Shown: positions 40,001 through 51,370 of the stretch, piece after piece
Position numbering within the stretch: position 1 is the first letter of the stretch
Layout: every line of letters begins with the position of its first letter
Source of the DNA: Lama glama
Lineage: Eukaryota
DNA: 60,000 nucleotides
NCBI GenBank assembly: GCA_028534125.1
Contig: CM052817.1
Location: 32,676,001 to 32,736,000, forward strand
Direction: 5' to 3'
Notes under the pieces: model-generated
Seen by the model: the letters and a program-made list of their open reading frames with translations, nothing else
Databases searched by the model: none
Told to the model about the DNA's origin: nothing
Made by a program: the position numbers and the translations under genes

Positions 40001-40834
40001 CCACCACTTGCTAGCTGCTTTGTGACTTTTGAAAGTTACTCAACATGTCTCACTTTTCCCACCTAAAATGAGGGGATGATATTTTGAGGGTTAAATTTGT
40101 TAATAGATGGTAAATTCTTTAAACAATAATACAAGTTCTCATTTTAGCATATACTCCAATTTTGATCCACTTACTTGTTTGCCAAGTTTGAGTCCACCAC
40201 CTAGCTAAGGTTTATGGTGCCTCCCGCTCCACTTCCGCCGCCTAGCTGATTACAGCCTTAGTGAACATTGTGAATGAATGAACACAGCGCATGTGGAGAG
40301 GAGGCCGGTCCTTCCAGATTTAGGAGGGATCATGGGGTGAGCTGTTCAAGAAGACGTGGTCCTGGTCTCTCTTTAAGCTTATAGTTTAGCGGGACACGTT
40401 CTAAACTGGATATCGTTGTAGGAAGGGAAATCTCTGGGTCCTGGCCCATCCCTGGGGTAACCGCTAGAGCCTTCCAAGGGGAGTTCGGAGGAAGACACCG
40501 GATCCCCCAGGGCCAAGGCCTGGGGAGGAGCCAAAACTTCTAGAGCTTCCGGGAAGGATGTTCCGCATAGCCTTGGCTCGTCCTCCCGGCAGGGAAAACC
40601 CAGAAGGACCCGGGCGGGCGGAGACTGCGGGCACCAATGGCCGGGCCCGCACCGCCCTCCTCCGGAAACTCCCTGGGGATTGGCTGTCTGCACCCCCACC
40701 CCCCGCACCTGCCGTCCACTCCTTGTTCCCCGCTCCTGTCCGGAGGCTTCCTGGGGATTGGCTGCCCACCCCGCGGCCCTCCTCCCGCCCCGCCCCGTCT
40801 GCCGTGTCTGCGCCGCACGCCAGTCACCGGCCTC

Positions 40835-40851
40835 AGTTTCGCAGTTGAGCG
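40835..40851 (+). ncRNA. DANCR: DANCR exon 1 (start approximate)
   Basis: Ends at the donor GCG|GTAAGT (40852). The start is inferred from an Inr-like motif downstream of the GC box. Confidence 0.6.
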
Positions 40852-40987
40852 GTAAGTGAGGGCGGGTGGGACGGGTTGGGCACCCGCCTGGCATACAGGC
40901 CTGGATGGGGCTGGGCACGCCCCGTGTCCCCTCAAGCTTTGCCCGCCCGGAGCTCCGCTGCTCCCGGCGGCCAGAACGCAGGGGTAG

Positions 40988-41055
40988 AGCAGCCCTCGGC
41001 GGCCCGGGTGGGGCGGGCGATTGTGCTCGTCCCGGGGCCGCGTGAGGCACACACG
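40988..41055 (+). ncRNA. MIR4449: MIR4449-like hairpin in DANCR intron 1
   Basis: The 3' arm CGTCCCGGGGCCGCGTGAGGCA (41028-41049) resembles recalled hsa-miR-4449. The arms pair (gcggccc/gggccgc; ggggcgggc/gctcgtccc). Confidence 0.7.
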
Positions 41056-41128
41056 CCGCGCGGGTCGTTCGGAGGCTTCCCGGAGGGCAGGACCCGCGCG
41101 ATAACAAGTTTGTGCTTTGCTTCCCCAG

Positions 41129-41265
41129 GGCGCAGCCACCGCTACTTTGTAGCGGGTTCGGGGCCCGACCCCTGCTGCGGCAGTAAGAGCGGATCTCGGA
41201 CCCACTGTGGGCCTGGGAGTTTGTCTCCGACGTCTGCGGTGCAGCGGCCTGAGTTCTAAGCGCAG
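41129..41265 (+). ncRNA. DANCR: DANCR exon 2
   Basis: Acceptor tttgcttccccAG and donor CAG|GTATGT. The sequence (tgtagcgggtt...acgtctgcgg...gttctaagcgcag) resembles recalled human DANCR. No ATG. Confidence 0.85.
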
Positions 41266-41530
41266 GTATGTCCGTCCTTAAGTGACGTGAAATGACTCGG
41301 TCCCAAGCACGTGGCCAATGGCCACCAGAGCGTTTCCAGGCACGTGCTTGGAGCAAAGGCTGGAATCCGGCTCTCCTTTAACAAAGGAAACGGATGTTCA
41401 CAAGCAGAACAGCTGCTTCTAGTGGGTTTTCAGACTCGTTAAAAGAACTGCTGAGGTCCACGTATATTTACGGGAGGGGAGTTCAAGAAATCGTCGCGAA
41501 CCCTGTGAAAAACCCACATCGCCCTTTCCT

Positions 41531-41652
41531 GTGCCCTTTTAAGGCTGACGCAGTGCCTTAAGAGGCTAACACAGAAGGGTAAAGTAAGTCTCCATAAAAC
41601 CCAGAGAAGAGATTGTAGAACTCCTCTTTGGATCCTGTCTGGAGTCACAGCT
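41531..41652 (+). ncRNA. SNORA26: H/ACA snoRNA SNORA26 (HBI-6)
   Basis: 122 nt with two hairpins, H box AAAGTA (41581-41586) and ACA (41647-41649) 3 nt from the end. It matches recalled SNORA26 and is intronic in DANCR. Confidence 0.95.
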
Positions 41653-41774
41653 GAACCAAAAGAAAATTTCCTTTCATCTTAAGCACCTTTGTGCTTTGTG
41701 ATATTTTTATACAGTTAAAAGCAAAGTGTCACGTTTAAACTTTACCTTTGATGATACCTTCAGGCCTGCTTTTT

Positions 41775-41890
41775 ATTATTTTTTAAATGTTTTTCTTTCT
41801 TTGTTTTTAAATGGAGATACTGGGGATTGAACCCAGGACCTCGTGCATGCTAAGCATGAGCTCTACCACTGAGCTATAGCTCCCACCCCT
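41775..41890 (-). mobile_element. Vic-1-type SINE in DANCR intron 2
   Basis: The reverse complement reads tagctcagtggtagagctcatgcttagcatgcacgaggtcctgggttcaatccccag, with an imperfect TSD aggc..cttttt. Confidence 0.85.
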
Positions 41891-42126
41891 CTAGGCTGAC
41901 TTTTTAGACTCTGGGGATACCGTCTAGGGTTTTCAAATGGTTATGGGAATTTGAATACTTTTGTCGTCTTTGAAGGTGGAAAAAAATAAGCTAGCTGATG
42001 GGAAATGTATACAAACGGCTTCTTCTGGACATCCTTTGAGACAAACTGAAAAGAATGTACCTCAAAGTGTTTTATTCTTCCTATTTGTTCAAAAAGGTAA
42101 TTTAAGCCTTTGCTTTCCTTATATAG

Positions 42127-42395
42127 GTTGAAAACTACAGATACAAGCCATTGAAGCTGGAATGCACTGATGCTGGTATTTTAACTGACTTACACCAATT
42201 ATCACTCTGCAGTTCTTATACGCAAGTGCCTCTAATGAAGTCAGCTAGCCTCACATACATAATATGGAGCAGCCACGTGTCTGCACTGGCACATGTGTTA
42301 GTGCAGTGGGGTAATGCTGCTGGTGAGAAGGCAGTGTAGCATGTGCTTTATTTTCATCTTTTCAGTTAGATTCTCACGACTCTATGAAGTTGATA
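42127..42395 (+). ncRNA. DANCR: DANCR exon 3, conserved 5' part (3' end unresolved)
   Basis: Acceptor ctttgctttccttatatAG. GTTGAAAACTACAGATACAAGCCATTGAAGCTGGAATG closely matches the recalled human last exon. The first ATGs give only MH* and MLVF*. Confidence 0.85.
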
Positions 42396-42397
42396 CA

Positions 42398-42572
42398 CAG
42401 TTGACCCTTAAGGAACATGGGTTTGAACTTTGTCGGTCCACTTATACACAGATATTTTTCTATAGTAAATACTTCAGTACTATACTGTCCATGGTTGGTT
42501 GAGTATGTGGATAAGGAGGGCCCACTGTAAATTATATCCAGATTAACCCCTGCCTTGTTGAAGGATCAACTG
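42398..42572. mobile_element. Tigger2-derived MITE
   Basis: Terminal inverted repeats CAGTTGACCCTT...AAGGATCAACTG. Confidence 0.75.
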
Positions 42573-44373
42573 TCTGTGTGGGTGAAAAACATTTCAGGCA
42601 GAGGGGGAGCAAGTGCAAAGGCCCTGCGGAGGGATGTGTTTAAAGGTTTTGGGGTAAGTAAAGTGAAGCTGCAGAGCAATGGCCTTAAGGGAGGATCTTG
42701 TGTGCAGGGCTAAGGTGGATATTTTAGACCACTCTAAAATGGCAACTTGTTCTGGCCTCTATCATGCTATAACTTACCTGGTGTGCACCCTTTCACCCAT
42801 ACGCCTTCCCAGTCTTATCCAACTTTTCTGTGACTGTCTTTCTCCCCTCTCAAGTGCTCATGTTCTGGATTTCTGTAGCACTCTGTAATGGCCTTCGCAT
42901 ACTTGGGAGCACATTTGTAGTTGCTTGTGTACTTGCCTGACTGCCCCCTCCTCTGGACTCTTACAGCTGAAGTCCACATATTCTTGGGGTCTAACCAAGA
43001 CCTGGCATAGGTTCTCAAATATTTAACTTGAACACTAAACCCATGGTGACTATAGTACAAGGAGCAGTATCATTTATAATCAGGATTAATATCATTAATT
43101 ATATTGAGTTGAATTATAAATGGCATTCAAGTGGGTGGCTTACAGCCACCTGTTCTTAGCAGGAGCACAGTAAGAGCCTAGACTCAGCTCCCTACCCTTC
43201 CATGTGATCTTAGACCAGTTACTTAGCTTCAGTTTGTCTGTAAGCTGGTAATCATAGTTACTGAAGTTAGTTCATACACAGTACATCTAACTACCTGGTA
43301 AGTAGTTAGGACTTGGTAGTGCTAAAAGATCATTTTTATAATACTGTATGGAGTAAAATGACAATACTGATATTTAGTATTTATATAAGACTAAAATAAC
43401 TGGCTTTAATGTTCATTCAGTAAATAACAGAGCATCCATTATGGGCCAAGTACTATTATAAGTATGGTGAAAACATCAGTGAACAAAGCAGAAAAAAGTT
43501 AATGTGTGTGATCGCAATTGATCCATTGATGGAGGCTTCCAGTGGATCCATTGATGGAGGCCTGTGATGCTTCCTTAGCTGAGTGCAGTGAGGAGATGGT
43601 ATTTGGTAGGACAAAAGGCTTACATGAAGTGACTTCAAATGCTACATATAAAGGGGGAGAAAAATTGAGAGAGAACAGTCCTGAAGCCTTAATAGGCTAT
43701 AGAAGGTTGTTCTGGCAGAACAAGGAGTGTGCAAGACACCATGTCAACAGTGGTCCAGTGAAAGTGAAAATGGGACCAAGAGAATGACAATCTCTTCTAG
43801 CTACCGTCATGATGAAAGATATAAAACAATTGTTAGTCTGAAGGCTCTAGCAAAGTCCCCAAGGATAACCACTGGTTTTTCACAAATAACTCCACTCCAC
43901 CGAGTCCTGGTGGCAGTTCTTTGCCCCTTGAGGACTTACGTGGGATGGATGAACACACGGAGACTCTGGGTCTGCCACGGATCCTCCCTCTCCCACCAGC
44001 CAATTTCAACCAGTGCAGTCTTGTTCATACTTTGGTTTTCTGAATAACTTGTTTGGCAACAAGGGTTTTAGCTACAGTTTGAAGTCCGCTAGACTAAACA
44101 GTAGTTCAGAGTCCAGAGTTTAGAGCTACAGAAATACTAGAAGTGCACTGTCCAATATGACAGCTGTTAGTCACACATGGCTGTTTAATCGAACCTAAAA
44201 TAAGAGTTCAGCCCCCCAAGTGCATTAACCATACTTCAAGTGCTCACCTATGGCTAGGGGCTACTGTACTGGACAACAGGTAAAGGGCATTTCCATTACT
44301 GCAAAAAGTTCATTGGCAGTCCAAGAGATTATATGAAGACAGAAGAAAAACCTGTAAAAACCTAGAGAGATGG

Positions 44374-44808
44374 TGTAGTAGGTTGAATAATGGCCCCCAA
44401 AGAGATTAGGTTCTAGAACCTGTGTGACCTTTCTTGAAAGGGGGTCTTTGCAGATGCAATTAGGTTAAGGGTCTTGAGATGGGGAGACCATCCTGGATCA
44501 TCTCCGTGGGCCCTAAATCTAATCACAAGTGTCTTATAAGAGGGAGGCACAAGGAGGTTCCATGCACAAAGGTGGAGGCCATATGAAGGTGCAGCAGATT
44601 TGATATTGGCCTTGAAATTGGGGTGATGCTGGCAGCTGCTGGAAGGTGGGAGGAACATGTTGATTCCCAAACTTCCAATCTCCTGGGGGAGCATACACTT
44701 GGTTTGATCCAGTGGGATTGATTTCTGACTCCTAGCCTGCAGAATTGAGAATAAACTTGTTTAAGCCACCAAGTTTGCATTAATCTGTTCCAGCCGCCTG
44801 GGTAACTT
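44374..44808 (+). mobile_element. MLT1D/E-like LTR
   Basis: tgtagtaggttgaataatggcccccaaaga...tttgcagatgcaattaggttaagg...gagaataaacttgtttaagccacc. Confidence 0.8.
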
Positions 44809-45003
44809 GGATGGAAAGCTTAAGGTCACAAATAAGCTGTAGCTGGAGCCTCACCACACCACACTGTTTTCACTAGTGCCTTATTGGTGGATGGGTGAAG
44901 GTAGATCTTAACTAGTCAATGTAAATTATTTCACAGGTGATATCTGCATGTGGCTAAAATATAATACAACAGATTATCAAAACAAGTATAAAAATCTGTA
45001 TGG

Positions 45004-45042
45004 TTTATTGGAATATGAATTATTTATGTGTACTTTAATAAA
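45004..45042. terminator. Overlapping poly(A) signals on both strands
   Basis: Minus strand: ATTAAA (45039-45034) and AATAAA (45009-45004), followed by a U/GU-rich tract. Plus strand: AATAAA at 45037-45042. Confidence 0.5.
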
Positions 45043-46442
45043 TTTCATTACACAGTTAAAAACAGCATCCAAAGTTCAAGTTGTAAAAAAAAAATCAGTA
45101 ACAGAAGCTAAGACAATAGGAAAAAATTACTCTAATTGTAATTTTTGCCTTGTAGGCCCTGCAGCTTTGATCAGCAGTGTCCCAGAGGTAACAAAGGCTG
45201 TCAAAATGAGAGTTTTTCCATAAACGACCTCATTTAGTTTTGGCTTGTGTTTCTTATGAAATGTAAACTTGAATTTCTGGGAGGCTTAAAAAAAGGAATA
45301 GTATAGTTAACTAGTCTCAGGGTCACTGCCGGAGGACTCTGACTTCACCTTCTCCAGGTACAGGACTTGTGCTGTTTCTCGGTTGCAGCAACACTGATAC
45401 TGAATGACGCAGCATCATACTAGAGACTGGTAAGGAAGCTGGGGCAGAGACAGTGTTTCAGCAAAACTGCCAATTGACCATAACGGACTTGAAGCTATTT
45501 GTGGCCTCTTGAATATTCAAAGTGATGCCTTCCCTTTGAATACTTAATAGCATTAGAGCTGGAGCTCAGGATCTGACCACCACACTCAAATTTAAGTACA
45601 GCATGGAAACCGTGAAGGTCAAAACTCAGTCCCTGTTGCTACTCAGAGTAATGCCTTTTGAAACTCTTTTCAACCTATGGAAACCTGTTCTGATGAAATA
45701 AGTTAGGCTCAAAGTTGAGCCCTATTTGTCTACCTCTCATACCAAATTGCAAACCTGAACAATGTATCTAAAAATGTTTAAAATTGGAATTTAGATTACA
45801 TAAAGAATAGGTTTTATGAGTTTTTGACCAAAATCAGGTCCTGATTTGGGGGGGGGGGTGTCACTGCCCACCATTCCTTGCAGCCCTTTTCTGGCTGACA
45901 GATTTGAATACCTTTTTCCAACATCTGAGTTCAATCTCCCACGAGAGTTTCATTATTACAAGTCTTTTTTGCCTGAAAGTGGCCACTGTATTTTTTGAGA
46001 TATTTCCATACAGAGTAACAGTGATCTCTAGCTCCCTGTTTAAGGTTTAACTCCCAACCTACAGGTAACTTACCGATTATTCAAATAAGTTCATTTTGAT
46101 GAAATGAGAAGTGCTCCATGTTTAGTTCCTCCTTCTGAGCTAACAGTTTCCCATTAGCTTCCCAGTTCCTCCTAATGAACTAGCTCCATCCTCTCTACTC
46201 TGTCACACTCAACTCTACAGGTTCACTCTGCTTAAATCAGGTACCTACAAAGCCAATGAAAAATGAAGAAGCTCAGCTCATTTTAGATTCAGCCTGAAGT
46301 TTCTTCAAGAACAATGAAACCAGCACTGTGCCCTGAATACACACCCCCGTGGCAAGTTCCTGTGCAGCTCTATTTTAGTTTGGCCTCTACGTGATCATCA
46401 ACCACAATAGCAGGAGAGAGAATCTTGCCCAAAACTCCTCCA

Positions 46443-46766
<324 letters not shown>

Positions 46767-47529
46767 TTTAACAGTGAATGAAAAAATTCTACTCACACCT
46801 ACTCACAAAAGTTAGCTGGCCACCTTGAAAGCACTGCTGTGGCAAGCTGAAGCACATAGCATCCGGGCAACAGTCCTTTTCTGATTTCATAAGACAGTGT
46901 GAAAACTTGGTCAAAACAGAAGACTGCAAGTAAGTTTTGGAGAAGTTGACAGTTTCAGCATCATTACCATCTCAGCTTGAATGCCTATTTTCCCACCTAC
47001 AAAAAGGGAGGAAATAAATCATTTTCTCACTTGTCAAATGAATAGGAAAATGATAATTGAAATATATTAACCATGTACAGTGAGCATTTACCCCTCAAGA
47101 AGAACCCAAGATAAAATACATCCTAATAACACAGAAGCTGCCACTTGGCTATATATTTAGAATGAGCTAATTTGAAATGATTGTTTTTCTGTTGATGTTG
47201 ATAGGCCAAATGCAGGATACCAAAATAGTTTTTTTCCAAATACATAACGAGAATGGATGCTGTTATCTCCAGTCTGTTTAATACAAAAAAATACATGTGC
47301 ATGGGTATCCAGGAATCCTCACACAAGTACTGTTACCCATATACATCCTGCAAATGCTACCTAGTGTATTCAGTTTAAAACAAAGGCACATACATCTTGT
47401 AAGCTCTGGACATGAATTTCGTTCAGTTCTGAAAGTTTTCACAAATTATTGTACAATGTAGATGCTAGAATTAAAACAAGGTTTTCCAATGACTGGTTGT
47501 GATCTTAGATTGTAACTACTGATGAGCAT

Positions 47530-48185
47530 TGCTTTTTGTTTTTACTGTAGTGAAATATGCATAACAAAAGTAAACCTTTCAAATATTTTAAGTGTACAGT
47601 TCAGTAGCATTAATTACATTCACAATGTTGTGCAACCATATTTCCAGAACTTTCCCATCATCCCAAGTAAATTTTGTACCTATTATACAGTAACTCCCCA
47701 TTCTGTTCTCTCCCCAGTCCGTGGTAATATTCTACTTTCTGTCTCTGAATTCAACTACACCAAGTATCTCATCTAAGTGGAATCATACAGTTTTTGCCCT
47801 TGTATCTGGCTTATTTCACTTACGTTTTCAAGGTTAACCCACATTGTAGCGGGTATTATTTATTCCTTTTTAAAGTTGAATAATACCACATTTTGTTTAT
47901 CCATTCATCTCCAGATGGACATTTGAGTTTTTTTCACCTTTTGGCTATTGTAAATAATATTGCTATGAACATGGATGTAAAAGCAACCGTTCTGAGTCTC
48001 TGCTTTCAATTATTTTGGGTTTACATCAAGAAGCAGAATTGCTGGATCATATGGTTACTATATGCAATTTTTAAAGGAGCCATCAAACTTTTCCACAGCA
48101 GCTACACCATTTTACATTCCCACCAGCCATGCACAAGGGCTCCAATTTCTCCACATCTTTGCCAACATTTGTTATTCTTTATCAG
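47530..48185 (-). mobile_element. L1MB-type 3' end
   Basis: ttttaagtgtacagttcagtagcattaattacattcacaatgttgtgcaacc...attgctggatcatatgg. Confidence 0.8.
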
Positions 48186-48559
48186 CTTTACAATGGTACG
48201 TGAAGATTCAAATATCTACAGGGCTAAGTATTTTCTTCCCAATCCCTGATGCCTTTTTACCCCCTTTTCTTGGCACTGCTTTTGCTTCAGTGAAAACATA
48301 GACTCAGGCTCAAGACCTAATAGTATTAAGTTTAAAGTACTTTAAGATAATTTTGTGTTGTTTGCCAAGTGTAAGAATTCAACATGCTCCTTTACAGGAG
48401 GAATCTGCATTACCTTCTTAAGAGGCGAACAGGGCTGCTTTAAGTTTCTGCATTAGAAACGAACTCCAAAAGGTAGATGTAACCTCACTCTCACTTGAAC
48501 TATCTGTACATCGGCTGAATAAACACGAGCTAGAAACAGGCTGGAAAAAGAACCAACCA

Positions 48560-49240
48560 TTTAAGCAAGGCGGTTAATCCCGTAAGGGTCAGCACCTGGC
48601 AGGGCCTAATCACGTCGCGCCTTACTACCAGGGTTCCTTCTGCCAAACAGCAGCAGAGCGACTCTGACGGCGAAACTCTGCTCCTGCGGAAAAGGCAGGG
48701 GAAAGCGAGGAAAAGCCCGAGCCTGGGTGGCTAGGAGACCCCGGGGCCGAGGCCGCGCCTCACCTCTGTCTTGGGCACGGCTGGTCCAGGATTCGGGACG
48801 GGAAGCTCCTTGCCTGCGGCTCGTCAAACTCCTGGCCTCGCCCACCGCCTCTCGACGCCCCTCAGCTCAAGGTGGGGAGCAGGCGAAAGCCACCAGACGA
48901 GCAAAGCACCGGAGGCGGGGAAACACCGTCCAGCAGCCGGACCAAGGGCCCAAAATTCAGGGAGACAAACACCCTCGCGAGAGTTCTGACTGCCCAATAA
49001 GCCGCGAGAACCCTCGGAGGTGCTGTCTGCCAATCACTGGATAGAGGCGGTGTTGGGCGTACCCAATTGGTTAAGCACGGGAAAGCTCGCGTCCCATTGG
49101 CCCCAGCTCCACCCCTTCGTCATGAATCCCCGCCCCCTTAAGGGGCTCCACCTCTCAGCCGAGAAGGTGGGGAGTAGGGGAGGGAAGGCCTATTTTACTC
49201 TCAGTTCCGTGCACCGGAGATCAGGTTTCCGGAGTAGAAC
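48560..49240. promoter_or_regulatory. Orphan CpG-island promoter with CCAAT cluster
   Basis: CpG-rich. CCAAT at 48994, 49030 and 49063, ATTGG at 49066 and 49096, CTCGCGAGA at 48974, a GC box at ~49128, and the minus-strand donor GAG|GTGAGG at 48764/48763. Confidence 0.8.
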
Positions 49241-49849
49241 CCTTAACTCTTCTCCTGTGGCATTTTAGTACCATTTAACGCTCAGATTCTAACATGTTCT
49301 GTCTCATTCCTAATCTCAGCCTTCTATCCTGTGTTCTCAAACTGACCCAGTCCTAGGCAGGGAGATGATTTTTACCTGTGCTTGGGAGAAAGCAGGCTAC
49401 CATGGACCTTAACAAGTTAAAGATATTTCTCTAAGAGCTTTTTCATCTCAACATCTACGTATTGCTCTGCATAATAGGCAATAAGAATTGCTTTATTTCA
49501 TTAAAACAGTCACTAGCCCCCTTGCGCATTAACTCATGAAATCATCTAAATAATCGTCAATGAAGTAGGTGTGTTAAAATATTTTTCAAGGGAAGAAACG
49601 AGAAACAGGGAAATTTAGTGACCTGAAATGTATTCTGTCTTTTTGTCCCTTTCTTCCTTACTTTAATTCGGGACTTCTTAACTGCTGGATTACTTCTACA
49701 AACAGCCGCTTAACTCCTCTCCTTGCCATTCTCTACAAAGCCATGGATTAATCTTCCTAATACAAATCTGATCATTCTTAAATCCTCAGATCTCTGAAGT
49801 GGCAAATCCTTCTGTGGCTCCAAATTGCCACTCTGGCAGAGAGTGCTAC

Positions 49850-51370
49850 TTACTGACATATACCTGTAAACACACAAATCATGCTGGGTACATACCTAGA
49901 AATGGAATTGTTGGATCATAATTTGTGCCATGTTCAAATTTAGTAGATGTTTTAAAGCAGTTTTAAAAGCAGTTTTCCAAAGTGTTTACACAAATTTACA
50001 CTCCGATCAGCAATCCATCAGCGTTCCAGTCGTTCCACATTCTCATCATCAATGGATATTTTCTATCTTTTTTCATTTTGGCTATTTTGGTGGGTAATAA
50101 TTGTGTCTCTTGTAATTTTAATTTGCATCTCCCTGATTAGTGAAGTTAAGCACCTTTTCATTTTTGTTGGTTACTTAGAAATAACTTTATGAAGTTTCTG
50201 TTACAGTTTTTGCCAATTTTTCTGAGTTGAGCGTTTTTATTTGATTTTTCCTAACATTTGATTATAAAAATTCAAATATTTAGCAAAATTTAACAAATTT
50301 TACAGTAACTGTATGTAAACTTACCACAGATTCCACCATTAACATTTTATAAAACCTGCTTTATTACATTTCTATGCTTCATTTTATCCATCTTAATGTT
50401 GCTGCATTTCAAAGTTAATTGGAAATAGCAATATGTGTCCTCTAAAGACTTCAGCATATATATAATTAATTAGAATTCCATATTTAAGGTTTCTTTTGAT
50501 GTAGCACTTACATGAAATGAAATGTACAAATCTTCAGTGTACATTTGCTGAGTTTTGAGCAAAGGAATTTTGAGTTCAATGCTGCCTTTCATTCAGTCTC
50601 CATTTCCACTTTCCTGGGGGCAACCACTGTTCTGATTTTTTTCCCTCCATTGTAAATTAGGGAAATTTACCTGTTTCAGAATTTCATATAACTGGAATCA
50701 TACAGATGTGCTGTTTTGTATAAGATTTTTTTCACTCAGCATACTGTATTTCAGATTCATTCCTGCTGTTGCATCTGTCAGTAATTCATTTCTTTTCATT
50801 GCTGAGTAGTATTCCATTGGATAAATATACCACAGTTTATCCATTATAAGAGGACTTTTTAAAACATGCATCCTTTGTCAAGTGTATGTGTTGCAAATAT
50901 CTCCTCCAATTCTGAGTTCCTTTTCATTCTTTTAATGATGTCCTTTGAGGGAAAAATTTCTTAGTTTTCATACTCCAATGTATCAAATGTTTATGATGAT
51001 TGGTTTTATTTAAGAAATCTCTCCCTTCAGGTTATAGATTCCTTTTCTGTTTTCCTCTAAATGCTTTACTATTCTAGTTCACTCACTTAGAACTGCAATC
51101 CATTTTGAATTGATTATTGTGAATGATGGGATATAAAGGTGGGTCCAGATGCCTTTTTTTTTTTTCTATGTGGATATCCAGTGAATCCAACATGTTTATT
51201 TAAAAGATCACTTTCCCTACTTGAAGTTTTCATATATCAGGTGACCATACATGTGTTGACCTACTTCCCACTCTATTCTATTTGATAGGTTGGTTTTATC
51301 TGTCAGTTGTGTCTGTCTTTGCACCAATACCACATGGTCTTCATTACTATAGATTTATAATTACCCTTGA
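49850..51370 (-). mobile_element. Old L1M fragments (nested)
   Basis: atacctagaaatggaattgttggatcata..., gctgagtagtattccattgg, gcaccaataccacatggtct. Confidence 0.7.

Larger units (their letters stand above)
40480..41520. promoter_or_regulatory. DANCR: DANCR CpG-island promoter
   Basis: CpG-rich, with three CCAAT/ATTGG boxes, ETS-like CCGGAA, GC boxes, an Inr-like TCAGTTT at 40833-40839 and E-boxes at 41308 and 41341. Confidence 0.85.

Noticed and set aside
40379..41356. 325-aa minus-strand ORF over the DANCR promoter
   Set aside because: CpG-island artefact with a non-ATG start and no homology recognised.
43520..43561. 17-bp direct repeat gatccattgatggaggc x2
   Set aside because: Only two copies inside decayed repeat sequence; an ordinary local duplication, not an array.
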